Notes under the pieces: model-generated
The model's database searches: none
Seen by the model: only the letters and a program-made list of their open reading frames with translations
Told to the model about the DNA's origin: nothing
Program-made: the position numbers and the translations under genes
Shown: in pieces, positions 13,015-25,878 of the stretch
Position numbering within the stretch: the stretch's first letter is position 1
Layout of the letters: every line of letters begins with the position of its first letter
NCBI GenBank assembly: GCA_965113315.1
Contig: OZ220365.1
DNA length: 64,000 nucleotides
Reading direction: 5' to 3' (one strand)
DNA from: Podarcis vaucheri
Taxonomy: Eukaryota

Positions 13015-13365
13015 CTGTCTTACCACTTATAACAATAATTTTATTATTTGTACCCCACCCATTTGACTGGGTTGCCCCAGCCACTCCGAGCTGCTTCCAA
13101 CATATATATAAAACATTACACATTAAAAAGCTTCCCTATACAGGCCTGCCTTCAGATGTCTTCTAAAGGTTGCACAGTGACTTATTTCCTTGACATCTGA
13201 TGGGAGGGTGTTCCACAGGGTGGGTGCTACTACCGAGAAGGCCCTCTGCCTGGTTCCCTGTAGTTTAACTTCTCGCAGTGAAGGAACCACCAGAAGGCCC
13301 TTGGTACTGGATCTCAGTGTTTGGGCTGAACGATGGGGGTGGAGACGCTCCTTCAGGTATACTTG
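13015..13365 (-). mobile_element. L2-clade LINE 3' fragment
   Basis: Minus ORF YLKERL...LRSS...RAFSVVAPTLWNTLP...FRRHLK is a typical L2 ORF2 C-terminus, followed by a 3'UTR and an AT-rich tail. Confidence 0.85.
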
Positions 13366-14049
13366 AGCTCTTACCACATGGCTGAATTACTAACAGGCAC
13401 AAATCTGGCTGTTTACACACATGACATTTAGAGACATGGAAAGCTGTTTGGCAAAGGCCAAAAGCTCATTTGTAAGCTCATGGCACTTGTAAAAGTTACA
13501 GACAATAGCTTTCTAGGAAGTATCAGCTGTTTATAGCTCAACAGCAAAACAAAATCCTGACTGATATTGTGCCTACTGACCCATTGCCTAAGGTGCAATT
13601 GTCACAGACACACAAATGTATTAAGGGGCTTAACCTTTTTTCCACCATGCCTGTGGCAGAGCAAAGCAACTGCAGGCGGAGAATATTTTCTCATTGTTAT
13701 GATTCAAGTAATTAAATCTGAGCTGGGAATGGCTGGCATGCTTTCTTTCTTCCACAGAACAGCAGCTTCATAAAGGAAGATCAAGAAGCTTGACTTTGCT
13801 TTACAAAACTGACTCAGGAAGCACCATTCATGGGATCACAGAGGAAGTCTCAGGTCAAGGGGTCTGGTACAAGAGGTACTGACTTATCAGTTTCCAAGAC
13901 CACATTAACTACAAAAAAATTGTGATGATTATGATGAAGTGTGGCTGTTCCAAATTCAAAGTTCCAAGCTAATTTATTTAAAAAGCATTTTTAAATAGAA
14001 ATTGTGTGTGTCAGTTTGGTGACTCAACAGTTTGAGAATCAATGAATGC

Positions 14050-14202
14050 AATCATAGAATTCTAGAGTTAGGAGGGACCCACAAGGCTCATCTAGTCTAA
14101 CCCCTTGCAATGCAGGAATCACAGCTAAATAATCCCTGATAGATGGCCATTCAACCTCTGCTTAAAACTCCCTAGTGAAGGAGAGTGTGCCACCTTCCAA
14201 GG
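14050..14202 (-). mobile_element. CR1 LINE 3'-end fragment
   Basis: atcatagaattctagagtt...catctagtctaacccc is the CR1 (TTCTATGA)-type tail, reversed. Confidence 0.7.
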
Positions 14203-14327
14203 TGATAAGGAAGGCATTAAATGATAAGGATTAAATGATAAGGAAGCAATTAAAAAACCCACAGCAAACAGTATTTACACAAATCTATTCAATCAGTCTT
14301 GGAAGTTTCTTCAACAATTAACCAGTT

Positions 14328-14661
14328 TGAGCAACTCCACCCCCATCGTTCAACCCAGACACTGAGGTCCAGCGCCGAGGGCCTTCTGGCGGTTCCCTCA
14401 CTGCGAGAAGCCAAGTTACAGGGAACCAGCAGAGGGCCTTCTCGGTAATGGTGCCTACCCTGTGGAACACCCTCCCATCAGATGTCAAGGAAATAAACAA
14501 CTATCTGACTTTTAGAAGGCATCTGAAGCCAGCCCTGTTTAGGGAAGTTTTTAATGACTGATGTTTTAATGTATTTTTAATCTTTTGTTGGAAGCCACTC
14601 CGAGTGGCTGGGGAAACCCAGCCAGATGGGCGGGGTATAAATCATCATCACCATCATCACC
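14328..14661 (+). mobile_element. L2-clade LINE 3' fragment, same family as 13015-13365 in opposite orientation
   Basis: Clear reverse-complement similarity to 13015-13365. Ends in a (CAT)n-like tail. Confidence 0.85.
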
Positions 14662-15847
14662 TAACAGTAGGACCAACCACTGAATTTTCATTAGAAACAA
14701 CTCTCAGCAAAGCTTCCACTGTAGAACATTGGGTTATTTGAGCACTAAACATAACAAGTGATGCCAACCCAGATCCACATACATGTTCTATGAGAAGCTA
14801 TGTTACAGTCCAGTTTAACAGAGCTCCCACAACAGTTCAGAATCTAAACTTGAGATAAATTTATTTTGCTGCTTTTAGACAGCTCGGTCCTTGCACAAAC
14901 CGTAATTACTGCTTTCTTCTGTGTCCTTAGAACACTGTGTGTTCTGTCCAATTCTACCCTCACTCCAAAGCCAGCATTTCAAAGCAATACTTTCAACCCA
15001 ATTTTAGTAATGTAACAGACAAACCAATGCCCATCTTCCTCCTACAGCCAATAATGTAGGAGAATTGAGACAAGCCGGACGAATGACTATACAGCTTCAT
15101 CTGAAATGCCTTAATTGGAACTGAGTGGGCTGGTTCTACCATCAAGCTTTCTGTTAAGAATGCCAGAATGCTCCTGAAAGAGAAATACTCTGTAGGAAAT
15201 GTTACTTTGGAACTGAAGTGAAACATGAATTTTTCAAGAAGGATCTGACGATAATGATGCAAGTCTAGTTTGCATAGCTCACCCAAAATATTAATTGTAG
15301 TCTTGAAATTCAAAAGGTCATGTTTTCCAACATGTAAATCACCCATGTGTATAATTTCATATACACTTTTATTCAAATGTATTTTTTAATGAATTTCGAG
15401 GCAAATAATAAAGTATGAGATTTTGCCAACATAGTGGCATTCGCCTGTTGGAATGAAATGCCAGAGGGAAGTGTTAACTCATTTGTGCTGGAGTTATAGT
15501 TTCTCATATTAAAAACAATCTGCCTTAGATTGAATCAGCAGGTCCCAAGGCATTTCACTTCCTCCCTGTGATATTCATATAGTGTTGCTCCACGGGTTGC
15601 ACAACAAGTATTCAAGTATTTTGGTGAATGTGTTTATTCCACAAGCTTTGTTTTTTGAAAAAACAAAACCCACACAAGTGTGTTCATATGTGTGTGTGTG
15701 TTTAAAAAAATCAAAAAACAAAAAAGCATTTTCTTTTCAACTGCATACCTATGAGGAACTACCAAGGAAATCATAAATGAACTGCAGGCACAACAGGAAA
15801 ATTATACTGAAAGAGATGCCTGGAATATTTCCCTTGGTCTACCTGCT

Positions 15848-16245
15848 CAGTAAGCTTTTTCAGCAGGGGGGCGGTCCACTGTCTCTCAGACCTTGGGGGG
15901 TGTGTGTGTGTCAGACTATATTTTGAGGGGGTGGGGGAAATGAACGAATTCCTATGCCCCACAAATAACCCAGAGGTGCATTTTAAATAAAAGCACACAA
16001 TCTACTCATGTAAAAACACCAGGCAGGACCCACAAATAACCCAGAGATACATTTTAAATAAAAAGACACATTCTACTCATGTAAAAACACCAGGCAGGCC
16101 CCACAAATAACCCAGAGATGCATTTTAAATAAAAGGACACATTCTACTCATGTAAAAAAATGCCGATTCCTGGACCGTCCGCAGACCGGATTTAGAAGGC
16201 GATTGGCCTGGATCCGGCCCTCGGGCCTTAGTTTGCCTACCCATG
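15848..16245. mobile_element. Non-autonomous hAT-like element with internal 71-bp tandem array
   Basis: Right end agtttgcctacccatg. Homologous in reverse orientation to 63257-63525. Left TIR eroded. Confidence 0.8.
15956..16160. repeat. Minisatellite, ~3 x 71 bp
   Basis: Unit core acaaataacccagag starts at 15961, 16032 and 16103. Confidence 0.92.
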
Positions 16246-16698
16246 CTTTAGATCCATAGTGCTTGTATGCTGCAGACAACATATCTCTTAATGGAGTCAC
16301 CCAGCAAGCATGTGATATCTACAATGCAAAGTAGGTGCTCCTGCCGCAAAGCTCTGGAAAGCTTACCCACTGCTTACAATTCACTTCTAGATAAGAAAAA
16401 GGGCATGTGTTTTACCCCATCCCAGATGTATGAGCAGAAGTACTGCAGGACAACAACAAGAAGAGTACAGTGAAGAATTTTCCATATGACTAGCTATTTT
16501 CTTATAAAGGCAGCCATTTTGCAAAGCATCATTCTAAAAGAATAAGAGCTTTCAATGGTGCAAGGCCACCATGGAAAACTGGAGGTTCCTTTCACATAAG
16601 TATGTGTGTGTGAGAGAGAAATACAAAATATAAGCACATAACTTATTGCAGCCTTTCAACATGACATGAAATGCTGACCTTTGGATCAGAATATAGAG

Positions 16699-16832
16699 TA
16701 GGGGCAGGTGACCTGCAGTCACCCAGATGTTACTGGAGTCCATCATCATTCCCCTTAGCCTGAGCCGCATGGCCAATAGTCAAGGATGATGCGAGTTTTA
16801 GTTCAAAAACAACTGGAGGTTCCGCATCCCTG
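16699..16832. mobile_element. hAT-type palindromic MITE
   Basis: 8-bp TSD atatagag / atatagac. Core shared with 45885-46020. Confidence 0.7.
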
Positions 16833-19726
16833 ATATAGACCATGTTAAATATTTTCCTAGACCTCCTTTCATGCCCTCATGAAAAGTTGTAGATGTGAAA
16901 ATACTAATCATATAAAAGATGGAATGTAGCAGCAACAATGGTTACGGAAAAAGGAAGCTGCCATAGCCTCAATCAGGCCATTAATTCAATGCTGACTACA
17001 CTGACAGATGGTAGGTCATAAGACTCAACACACTGCTTTGTTTTAATGTCTTACTGATAATTTACTGAATGTTTCTATTGATATTTTTATTGGCTGATTT
17101 GTATTTTTGGTTGCGATAGAGATTTTTTAAAATCTTACTGCGTTCTATGTAAACCACTTAGAGATTTTGCATAGTAAGCAGAGTATGAAATAATAAACCT
17201 TAATACATTATTTCTCAGACAGGAGCCTTTCTGAGCTGTACCTGGTAATTCTAGGAATTGAACCTGGGATCTTTTTCCATTGCAAAGCATGTACTCCCCC
17301 ATTAAGCCCTAGTTGCCGGCTTTCGGTAAGCATTTTATGATGTATGTGCTCATGCACTTTCCTCATTATGTCAAGTAGTGCAATCTACTCCTTATGTTCT
17401 TCCTCTTTATAAGAGGCCTTTAATGCAGCCAGTCAAACTTCTAAGTATAAGTTCTATATCTTTTCTTTATAAACTGCCTTTAGTTTTCTCAAAGTATATC
17501 TGTTTTCAATGCCCTCGATATAACTATGAATCAACTGTGAATAGTGTGAATGAAGAATGAATGTTTAACTTAGAAAAAAGAAATCTGCTACCAGGAATTG
17601 AACAATTAGAAATGATCACCACCAAAAAGCTTGGTATTCCAAAACAGAGCTGGCCACCAAAGCCTGAGATGCTTAATCTCAGCACTGCTCTAATTGTGTG
17701 ACAAAACCCAGAACATCACCTCAATCTCAGTACATACTTGATAAATTCATTAAAGAAACTAATTTGCCTATGGTGCCTTTCTTACTATGGTTTAACCCTT
17801 GTGTTATATTTCTTTGCAAACCACTTTGAGGTGTGTGTTTTTTTTTACAATCAAGCGGTGTATACATTTTATGAAATAAATAAATGCAATAAAAATTGAG
17901 CAGCAATATAAAATAACATATATGAGACAGGAGGAATAAAGATATACTACTGATAACCAAAACAATACAGTATGAACAATACCTGAACTAGGATTTATCA
18001 AAGAGTTCAATATATGCCCTCCTCTGGCTATACTAGGATATGGATAAGCGGTGGGGAGTATACTGCAACTTTCCACAATAACAATGACACCACTAATTGT
18101 GAAATGACAACCAGCCTCTACTTACAAGGCAGACCTTATATTAATAATTCTGGAAGCAGCTCAGCATACCTGTATCTCAGAGTAGATGTAGGCCTGGACT
18201 GGATGTTCCCTGCTTCTCTTTTGAGAGTTCAGAGACATCATAACTATATTTCTCTGCAGTTATTCACAGTCACTGATGCTTATTTAAGTCAACTGTGTTC
18301 TCTCTGTTATGCTTCCTCAAGTTACCCTGGCCAATCAGGGGTCACATTCTGGATGCAATGAAATCACTGCACTACATGGTCAATCAGATTTGGCTCCATG
18401 GCAATGTCACTAAGGGCAAATGAAGCTCATTTAGAGTAAGGGAAATGTTTCCTATCCTCATCTACTTCAATCAGGGGTGACTCAAACACTTTTGCACCTC
18501 TTTCCTAGCAATGCCATCAAAATGACTGATAATTTGTCCTTCTTTTTTACAGTGATGAAAGTTTCATGAAAGGCCCTTGCCCCTTATCTCAATTCAAAAT
18601 AGCTGTGAATTTTGTTACACAGCTACACTACCAGAGCTTACCCTGAGCTACCTCACTGAGCCTCAGTTCTGGACTCATCTCTTACAATCTGTGGACATAG
18701 AACATTTTCCTGGAGTAGTATTTATACCTCTAGAAGTCTCTGCATGGAGCATTTATCTACACTAACATGCCTCCCCAACACTGAGGATTTAATTAAAAAG
18801 CCAAAGTGTATCCAAAAATTTAATTAAAACAAGTAAGCAGTACTAGGCAGCCTGATAATATATGTGTATCATCTGTTTTTTGCTTCAGCCCAATGAAAAT
18901 GCAAGGCAGATAAGACATTAATAAGGAACAAGAATAAATAATGCCGAGTTTCCAGGCTGAGACACTTTGTCTATTACAGAAGCTCCAGAGGCATTTACAT
19001 AGGTCCATGTATTTTAACCTCAGGAGTGGTAACAGGCTTTACAGATTCATGTTTTAAACATTTCAGTGTATTTGCAATTAAGCTTTGCTATGTTCTTGAC
19101 AAAAATAGTTACCAACATCTGCTGCAATGGAAACTATTTGAGCCATCACCTGTGTCAAAGTGGCTGATACATTAGCAAGCAAATGTGCCCAATTTGTTCC
19201 TCCACCATCATCAAATATTTTCTCGTAAAAAGAGAGCTTTGGTCTATGTGTTCCAAATTCAAACCCTTATGTTAGGATCTAATTTAATAGTTTGAAGTAT
19301 AGTAATCCCTCAGTCACGAAGCAGAGAATATTCATGTGCCTTGGACTATATACATACACGCACATGGGTGTGGTTTGTGCGCGTGCAGATATAGTAGATC
19401 AGTGCACAACAAATTTCAGATCTATAGGTCATCTAATTCAAATGAAGCTTGCACTCCTCATTCAATATATTGTCCAGGCCCAGCAACTAAGATTTTGTAT
19501 CTGTACATTGCTCTCTTCTGCTAACATATGGTTAGACTAGTTCAGCTGCAAGTGCCTTCCCATGACATAAGTACTACAACGGCAACAACAGTTCACATAC
19601 TACCACTGCCCTCAAAACTTATGAGTCTTTATATTGAAGTCTGGACAATAGTTTCAGCTCTTTTAAACAAAGAAGAATATTAATATATATAATTTCACAG
19701 AAACAGTTCTAACATGCTGGGTATAT

Positions 19727-20080
19727 GACGCAGTAGGAGCTGTGGTCTAAACCACTGAGGCTCTTGGCCTTGCTGCCGATCCCCACAGCAGAATGAGCTC
19801 CCGTTGCTCTGTCCCAGCTCCTGCCAACCTAGCAGTTTGAAAGCATGCCAGTGAAAGATAAATAGGTACCACTATGGTGGGAAGGTAAATGGCATTTCCG
19901 TTCACTCTGACACTCGTCGTGGTGTTCCATTGCACCAGAAGCGGTTCAGTCAGGCTGGCCACATGCCCTGAAAAGCTGTCTGTGGAAAAACGCTGGCTCC
20001 CTTGGCCTGAAAGCAAGATGCGCGCCACACCCCATAGTCGCCGTTGACTGGACTTACACTGTCCAGGGGTCCTTTACCTT
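19727..20080 (+). mobile_element. Sauria SINE (Squam1), older diverged copy
   Basis: Body ctgccaacctagcagtt...taaataggtacc...gggaaggtaaa and 3' tail cctttacctt. Confidence 0.85.
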
Positions 20081-20083
20081 ATA

Positions 20084-20115
<32 letters not shown>

Positions 20116-20196
20116 GCATGAAGTTTGCATGAAGAATAAAGTACACACACAAACACACACGTACGTGTTTGTGTGTGTCTGTGTGTGTGTGTACTT
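20084..20196. repeat. (CA)n tract followed by a CA/GT inverted microsatellite
   Basis: Directly visible. Confidence 0.9.
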
Positions 20197-20653
20197 AATT
20201 ATTTTTGCTCTAATCCAGGAACCATGATGGTTGAAAAAACAGAGACAAAACTTCATGCAAGTTTGCAATGTTAAAATCTTGACTGGAGGCCACAAGTGAA
20301 GCTGTACCTCAGGCTTTGCTAGAAGTCCAGTGTGGATTTTATGAGGTGTGTGTGCGCACACACACATTTCATTCTCAAACTCTAATTGCTAACTTTGAAG
20401 TACTACAAAGACCTGCTGATTATGAAGGGGAAACTTTTCAATTCACCTAGCCATTTCCTCTTCATTATTTATTTGTTTTTCAGTAACAGCCTGCTCTAAG
20501 CACATTCTCTCCTAAAAGCATTTTCCCCATGCCAATGCGAAAATTGTCACCTGCATTCTAGGCTCTGAACGACGACATACTCTGGCCAAAGAGAATTTAC
20601 CTCAGGAATATTATGTACTAAAAGGAATTTTAATCCACAGATGATATTATGTA

Positions 20654-20961
20654 CCATATTTTTCCATCTATAAGATGCCCCCATGTATAAGACACCCCCT
20701 ATTTTTGGGGACTCAATTTTAAGAAAATGAGGGGAAATGGCTCAAAGTTGTTGAGCCTCTCTCCCCAGGTGGGCAGAAAACACTCCCTAGATCGTTTCCC
20801 GCTCGTTGCAGCATCGGAGGAAGTTGTGCTCCTGCCAACTGGCTGGCGCGCCGCTTCTCCCCCCCTCCCCCATGCCTCTAACAGTGTATTGGACGACCCC
20901 AGTTTTTTTTTTACATGATTTTTGAGTCAAAAAACCTTGTCTAATACACGGAAAAATACAG
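20654..20961. mobile_element. Tc1/mariner (Tc2/pogo-like) MITE
   Basis: TA then ccatatttttcc at the left end; ggaaaaatacag at the right end. Confidence 0.7.
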
Positions 20962-21132
20962 TCTGTTTCTGATGTTATATTTTTGCTGATCAGGAAATGT
21001 TTTCAAACCTTGAGAAATCTCCCTTTTCTTTTATACAGCCCTTCTAATTAGGAAAGGTGGTTACAACCTTGTACTTTTCCCAAGGGAATCCTTTTTTCAT
21101 TTAGGCAGATGGGAACCAAAGCTGAGAATGAC

Positions 21133-21273
21133 TAGAATCATAGAGTTGGAAGGGACCCTGAGGGTCATCTAGTCCAACCCCCTGCAATGCAGGAGTATGC
21201 AGCTGTCCCATACAGGTATCGAACCTGCAACCTTGGTGTTATCAGCACTATGCTGTAACCAACAAAGCTATCC
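21133..21273 (-). mobile_element. tRNA-headed SINE with CR1 tail (POM/Squam2-type)
   Basis: Minus strand has an A-box-like start (ggatagc...tggttacagc), B box ggttcgatacc, and a CR1-like tail ...tctatgattcta. Confidence 0.75.
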
Positions 21274-21292
21274 AGGCTATTTAGGTTTGTAT

Positions 21293-21382
21293 CAGCTTCC
21301 CCCACTTGGTGCCCTCCAGATGTTCTGGACCACAATGGCTGGTGGTCAGAAGATCTGGAGGGCGCCAATTTGGGGAAGGCTG
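21293..21382. mobile_element. 90-bp hAT-type palindromic MITE
   Basis: TIR cagcttcccc / ggggaaggctg. TSD gtttgtat / gtttatat. Confidence 0.75.
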
Positions 21383-22907
21383 GTTTATATTAAGTTGATG
21401 GCCCAGACCTGCCAGATCTCTGTCCCAAAACCATACTGTTTCTCACTGCAAATGGGCTGACTTGGTTACCTCATGCCCCACTTCTATTACTAAAAAAAGC
21501 TGCTCATTTACCATGTGCAAGCAAAAAGAAAATGTGCTTTTTAATAGTTGCCAACAATCATGCCTAGTAGTTCACAGTATATTACTCCAACAACTCTCAA
21601 AGTGCAAGCCGGGCTTCTCTAGAAGGCAAGGCTGAAACTTGAAAAGGTACAGACTCAGGTGATTCACCACCTGTTCAGGTCAACTTTTTCTGTGCATCAC
21701 GAGCTAAGAAATGAATGCCACAGCAGAAGAAACTGTATGGGCAGTGTTTAATCAACTTCCTGCTTGCAACCTAATATTGTTTGGGAAAGTGGTGAGCATT
21801 TTTTAACTCTGTTGGTGTTGTGTGTTTTATTGAACTAAGCTATATCATTATGTGTAATGCTACACAACTGTTTTGTTTTTATTTGTTACTTCTTAAAAAT
21901 AAAATTGAAAAAGGTATTTTATCTTTATTCTTCAACATAATGTCCTCTGAATAAACCCAACCAAGCTTATCTATACCATCTGGTCTCCGTCTGAATGCAC
22001 ATGTATCTGTTTCTAATGAGAAGGAAATCCCTATGGTTTTAAGTTGGGCAGCCTGAGTATCTTGTATCTTAAGGGTGTGCCACCTTTCCAATGAAAGTAA
22101 GTACACTTCTAATTCTGCTTAATTGAAACAGCATTCCCTTGAGCAATGACGCTTATATGGCATTCTGCAATATTATGGGAGGTTAGGGATTATATCTTCC
22201 AGGGCTATGCAGATAAAAACTAAACGATTCTTTGGATATATGCTGTGAAAGCCTTTAATGCAAAGCACAACATGTTTAAGGATTCCATCCGTGCTTTAAA
22301 CAATAGGTCATCGTTAGAAATTAAAAGGTACAATTGTTTCACATATTGATGTTGCCATATGTATTAACTTATCAAACTGTCATGCATTCATTAACATCTT
22401 AATATGCTTTGCCCATTAGCAGTTACTTGAAATAGCTCAATAAAGAACATTAGGGCATTTTTACATCACATGCTCAGTACCAAAAATACTTAGTTTTCAT
22501 AATTTGTGTGGTTTCTGGATACTGATAGCCAATTAACTCAAGCTGGAATGTCATTCTTCTGATATGGCCATGTATGACCACTATGAACTGGACTGAAAGC
22601 TGCATACGCTTTGTACAGGGATTGCTAAAGAGCCAGCAGATGGTGGTAATTTTCCCTGTCATTCCTGACCAGTGCTGGATTTGACATGGTGACAGAGGTG
22701 AAATGCTTCACATCCCATTACCAATCCCCTAAGCAATTCCTGTAAGCCTTGTAAAGACTTTACTACTGCAGAAAGCAGCTCAGCTTAAGAGTTTTTGGCA
22801 ATTTCATGCCACTCTAGGAAGTCACTGTAAATCCAATCCTTCATAACCTTTAAAATTTTCAAATTGTGAGTTTTAGTGTCTTTAGTGTCTCTGATTTAGT
22901 AGGATTA

Positions 22908-23265
22908 AAGGTAAAGGTACCCCTGCCCGAACGGGCCAGTCTTGACAGACTCTGGGGTTTGTGCGCCCATCTCACATCTATTGGCCGGGGGCCAGCGCTG
23001 TCCGAAGGCACTTCCGGGTCACGTGGCCAGCGTGACAAGCTGCATCTGGCGAGCCAGAGCCGCACACGGAACGCCGTTTACCTTCCCGCTGGTAAGCGGT
23101 ACCTATTTATCTACTTGCCCCCGGGGGTGCTTTCGAACTGCTAGGTGGGCAGGCGCTGGGACCGAGCAGCGGGAGCGCACCCCGCCGCGGGGATTCGAAC
23201 CGCCGACCTTTCGATCGGCAAGCCCTAGGCGCTGAGGCTTTAGCCCACAGCGCCACCCGCGTCCC
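22908..23265 (-). mobile_element. Young full-length Sauria SINE
   Basis: 5' GGGACGCGGGTGGCGCTGTGG head, B box GGTTCGAATCC, (ACCTTT)n tail, CpG-rich. Perfect 12-bp TSD ttagtaggatta (22896-22907 / 23266-23277). Confidence 0.95.
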
Positions 23266-23324
23266 TTAGTAGGATTAGCTCACTGTTAATCAGCTCAATG
23301 TTCACACGTCCTAAAAATCTAAGT

Positions 23325-23376
23325 CTAAACTAAACTAAACTAAACTAAACTAAACTAAACTAAACTAAACTAAACT
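23325..23376. repeat. (CTAAA)10 pentanucleotide microsatellite
   Basis: Directly visible. Confidence 0.95.
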
Positions 23377-25641
23377 GGTAAAGTTAGCTTTTCCACTAAA
23401 ATCGGCTGATTAAAAAAAATTTCCAATAAAATCCATAATCAGTGAATCACTTTTTGGATTCAGGGAAGAAAATGGCCTTGAATCTGTTTTAAGAGGTGAA
23501 GAGCACTTCTGCTCATGAAATTTGATTTCAAGATTGGAAATATGTCTCAAGCCTGAAACTCAAGCAACCTAAAATCTCCCTTTCAAGCGCAATGCTATGG
23601 CAACTGCAACAGCTAATGTAATCATTTATAATGTGAACATTAAATCTTGAATTCAAATCAGGTAGCCAACAGCTGCATTCACATATCATGCTAAAATCCT
23701 GGGTTTAATGTGACCTGCATTTTCCCTTCCTCCCACACAGTTGAGAGAAGAGTTGGAAGCTTTCATTTCTGTTTTTAGTTAATCATGGTGTCTGGGTCAT
23801 CCAAACCAGAAACTATGGTTAATTTCAAAAAGAAAGCATCAGAAAGCATGATTGACTTCTTTGAAATTAACCACAGTTACCATTAACCACAGTTTGTCGT
23901 GCCAACATTACAAACTGATTCATGGAAAGAAAAAAGTTATGAACTCCTCATTCTTCTCCTCTTGCATGGCCAACAGGGGAAGAAGGGAGACAGAGGGAGC
24001 CCAAGGCTTGCTTTGGCCCATATGCACATCAAGCTAAGCCATAGTTCTGTGTGACTTGACAATGTGGCCAGCTAGAACTAATATTGTTACTTAAGAGGGT
24101 TTTTGGAACAGCTCAGATTTAGCAGGGTTCTTTTTAAAATTGTGGAATATGTTTTTTATGTTAGTAGTTGAACTTTTGCCCACTGAAACTTGATACTAAT
24201 AGTGCATTTATGAAATGAGTATCCACGATGCGAAGCCAAGCCCCCAAACACTCCACTCAACGCTTTGAAATTATCACTGTCTGAACATTTGGCTGGCGTA
24301 ACTGCCATGTAGAAATGTCTTGTAGGAAAGTGGCATTGCTCCAGTATTGTTGATTTAAAGGTTAGCCAGTCAGAGAGACGCAGAATGAAAATCTGCTTTC
24401 ACATTTCTGTTCCTCACCAAAGCCTGCAAAGTGCATTGGCAATTAGCAATTCCTCTCACCTCTCCCAGTTCGCTGTGTGAGAAAGCTCAGAACTCATCTT
24501 ACAAATTGCTCTTTTGAAGATCAAAGGAAAGCTGAATTTGTCTATGTGTGCACTAGATGAGATTGTAATTTAATGGAATTTTCAGGGAAGGCTTGGTGGC
24601 ATGTTCCTATGACAGCCCCAGGATAGAGGATTCAGGGGAGCTCTATGACTCTTCCCTTCTGAGCGCCTTCCTTGCCTTTAATTGGCACCTCATTAGAAAT
24701 TAATGAAAATGACACCCTCTGTTCTTACTGCTCTAGGCACAGCACACTACAAAAAGCCCCATCACAATTCATAACACATTCAATTTATATGGCAATAGCT
24801 CTTAAGCATTATTTATGAGATGTGAATTTCTTGTCAGCAGTTAATAACCTATACAGAAAAGAAGAGAATGGGGGAAAAGAGACTGTGAGCACACACAAGA
24901 AAATATTTCAGCAGCAAAGAGATGCCTTGTTCATGTTTAAAGCGCATTTGCAGTAGCTCTCATCTCCACTAAACTGTTAAGAGGTGGCTCCCCCCCGGCC
25001 AGTCCTACAACCCTCTTAAATACAACTAGTATCCTAGGATGAAATGGTAGCTATAATGCTGATGGATCTGGAAGATATTGAAATCATAATCATGAAAGCT
25101 CTGTGGAAGGTTTGAGAATAAACAGAAGTAGCCATGCCCCACTGTTAGCACTGAACAACAAAAACCCTCATCAAGTGTCATCTCCCAAAGCACACAGAAG
25201 GTAAATGTCCTGTGAACACCTCTTCATGGTGAAGAAGGCCTGAGCCAAAGGAATCCAGGAAAGATGGCCTTTGACAATGTAGACTTGCATTCTTCCCACC
25301 ACCCACTAAAATAAATATTTTTTTTTTTGCCAGCAGAAGGTTGAGTTGTCTAATTTCTTTGTTGAAAGCATTAAGAGGGAAGGAAATTTGACTCAAACGT
25401 AAGCATTATCAGAGCACAACTGCTTTTCACCTGCAGGAGATCTTTTGGGTTCTCTTAAATTATTAGGATTCAGAAGCTATAAAAGCATAAGCAATACATC
25501 AAAGTAGGATGTATGGAAAATGGCAATCTATAAATTATGCAGACCTAAGCCTTTAAAATAATTTTTAGCTCCAGGAGTTAAAGACAGCAATCTAAATGGT
25601 GTTTTAAAGGTCATGAAGAGGCCAAGGTAGATTCTAGAGTA

Positions 25642-25878
25642 CAGTCATGCCTTGGGTTACAGACGCTTCATGTTGCGTTTTTTCCCGGTTGTGGACTGCC
25701 GAAACCCGGAAGTACCGGAATGGGTTACTTCTGGGTTTCGGCCGTTGCGCATGTGCAGAAGCTCTAAATCGTGCTTTGCGCATGCACAGAATTGCAACCC
25801 GCACATGCGCAGACGTGCTGCTGCGGGTTGTGAACGTGCATCCCGTACAGATCACGTTCGCAACCCGAGCGTTCACTG
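25642..25878. mobile_element. Tc1/mariner (Tigger-like) MITE, CpG-rich
   Basis: TA-cagt...actg-TA ends. The left end resembles the 4423/27125 family (ttgggttacagacgcttca). Confidence 0.8.

Noticed and set aside
14993-15376. 127-aa minus-strand ORF
   Set aside because: No ATG start, no recognisable motif, no convincing splice sites.
15956-16160. CRISPR-like regular repeats
   Set aside because: Head-to-tail units with no unique spacers, eukaryotic context, inside a transposon.
21200-21273. tRNA-like sequences (also 23190-23265, 29290-29364, 52064-52130)
   Set aside because: SINE heads with A/B boxes fused to LINE-derived tails, not intact cloverleaf genes.
22859-23235. Duplicated ~60-97 aa ORFs here and at 31537-32027
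   Set aside because: Chance frames in Sauria SINE copies, not paralogous genes.
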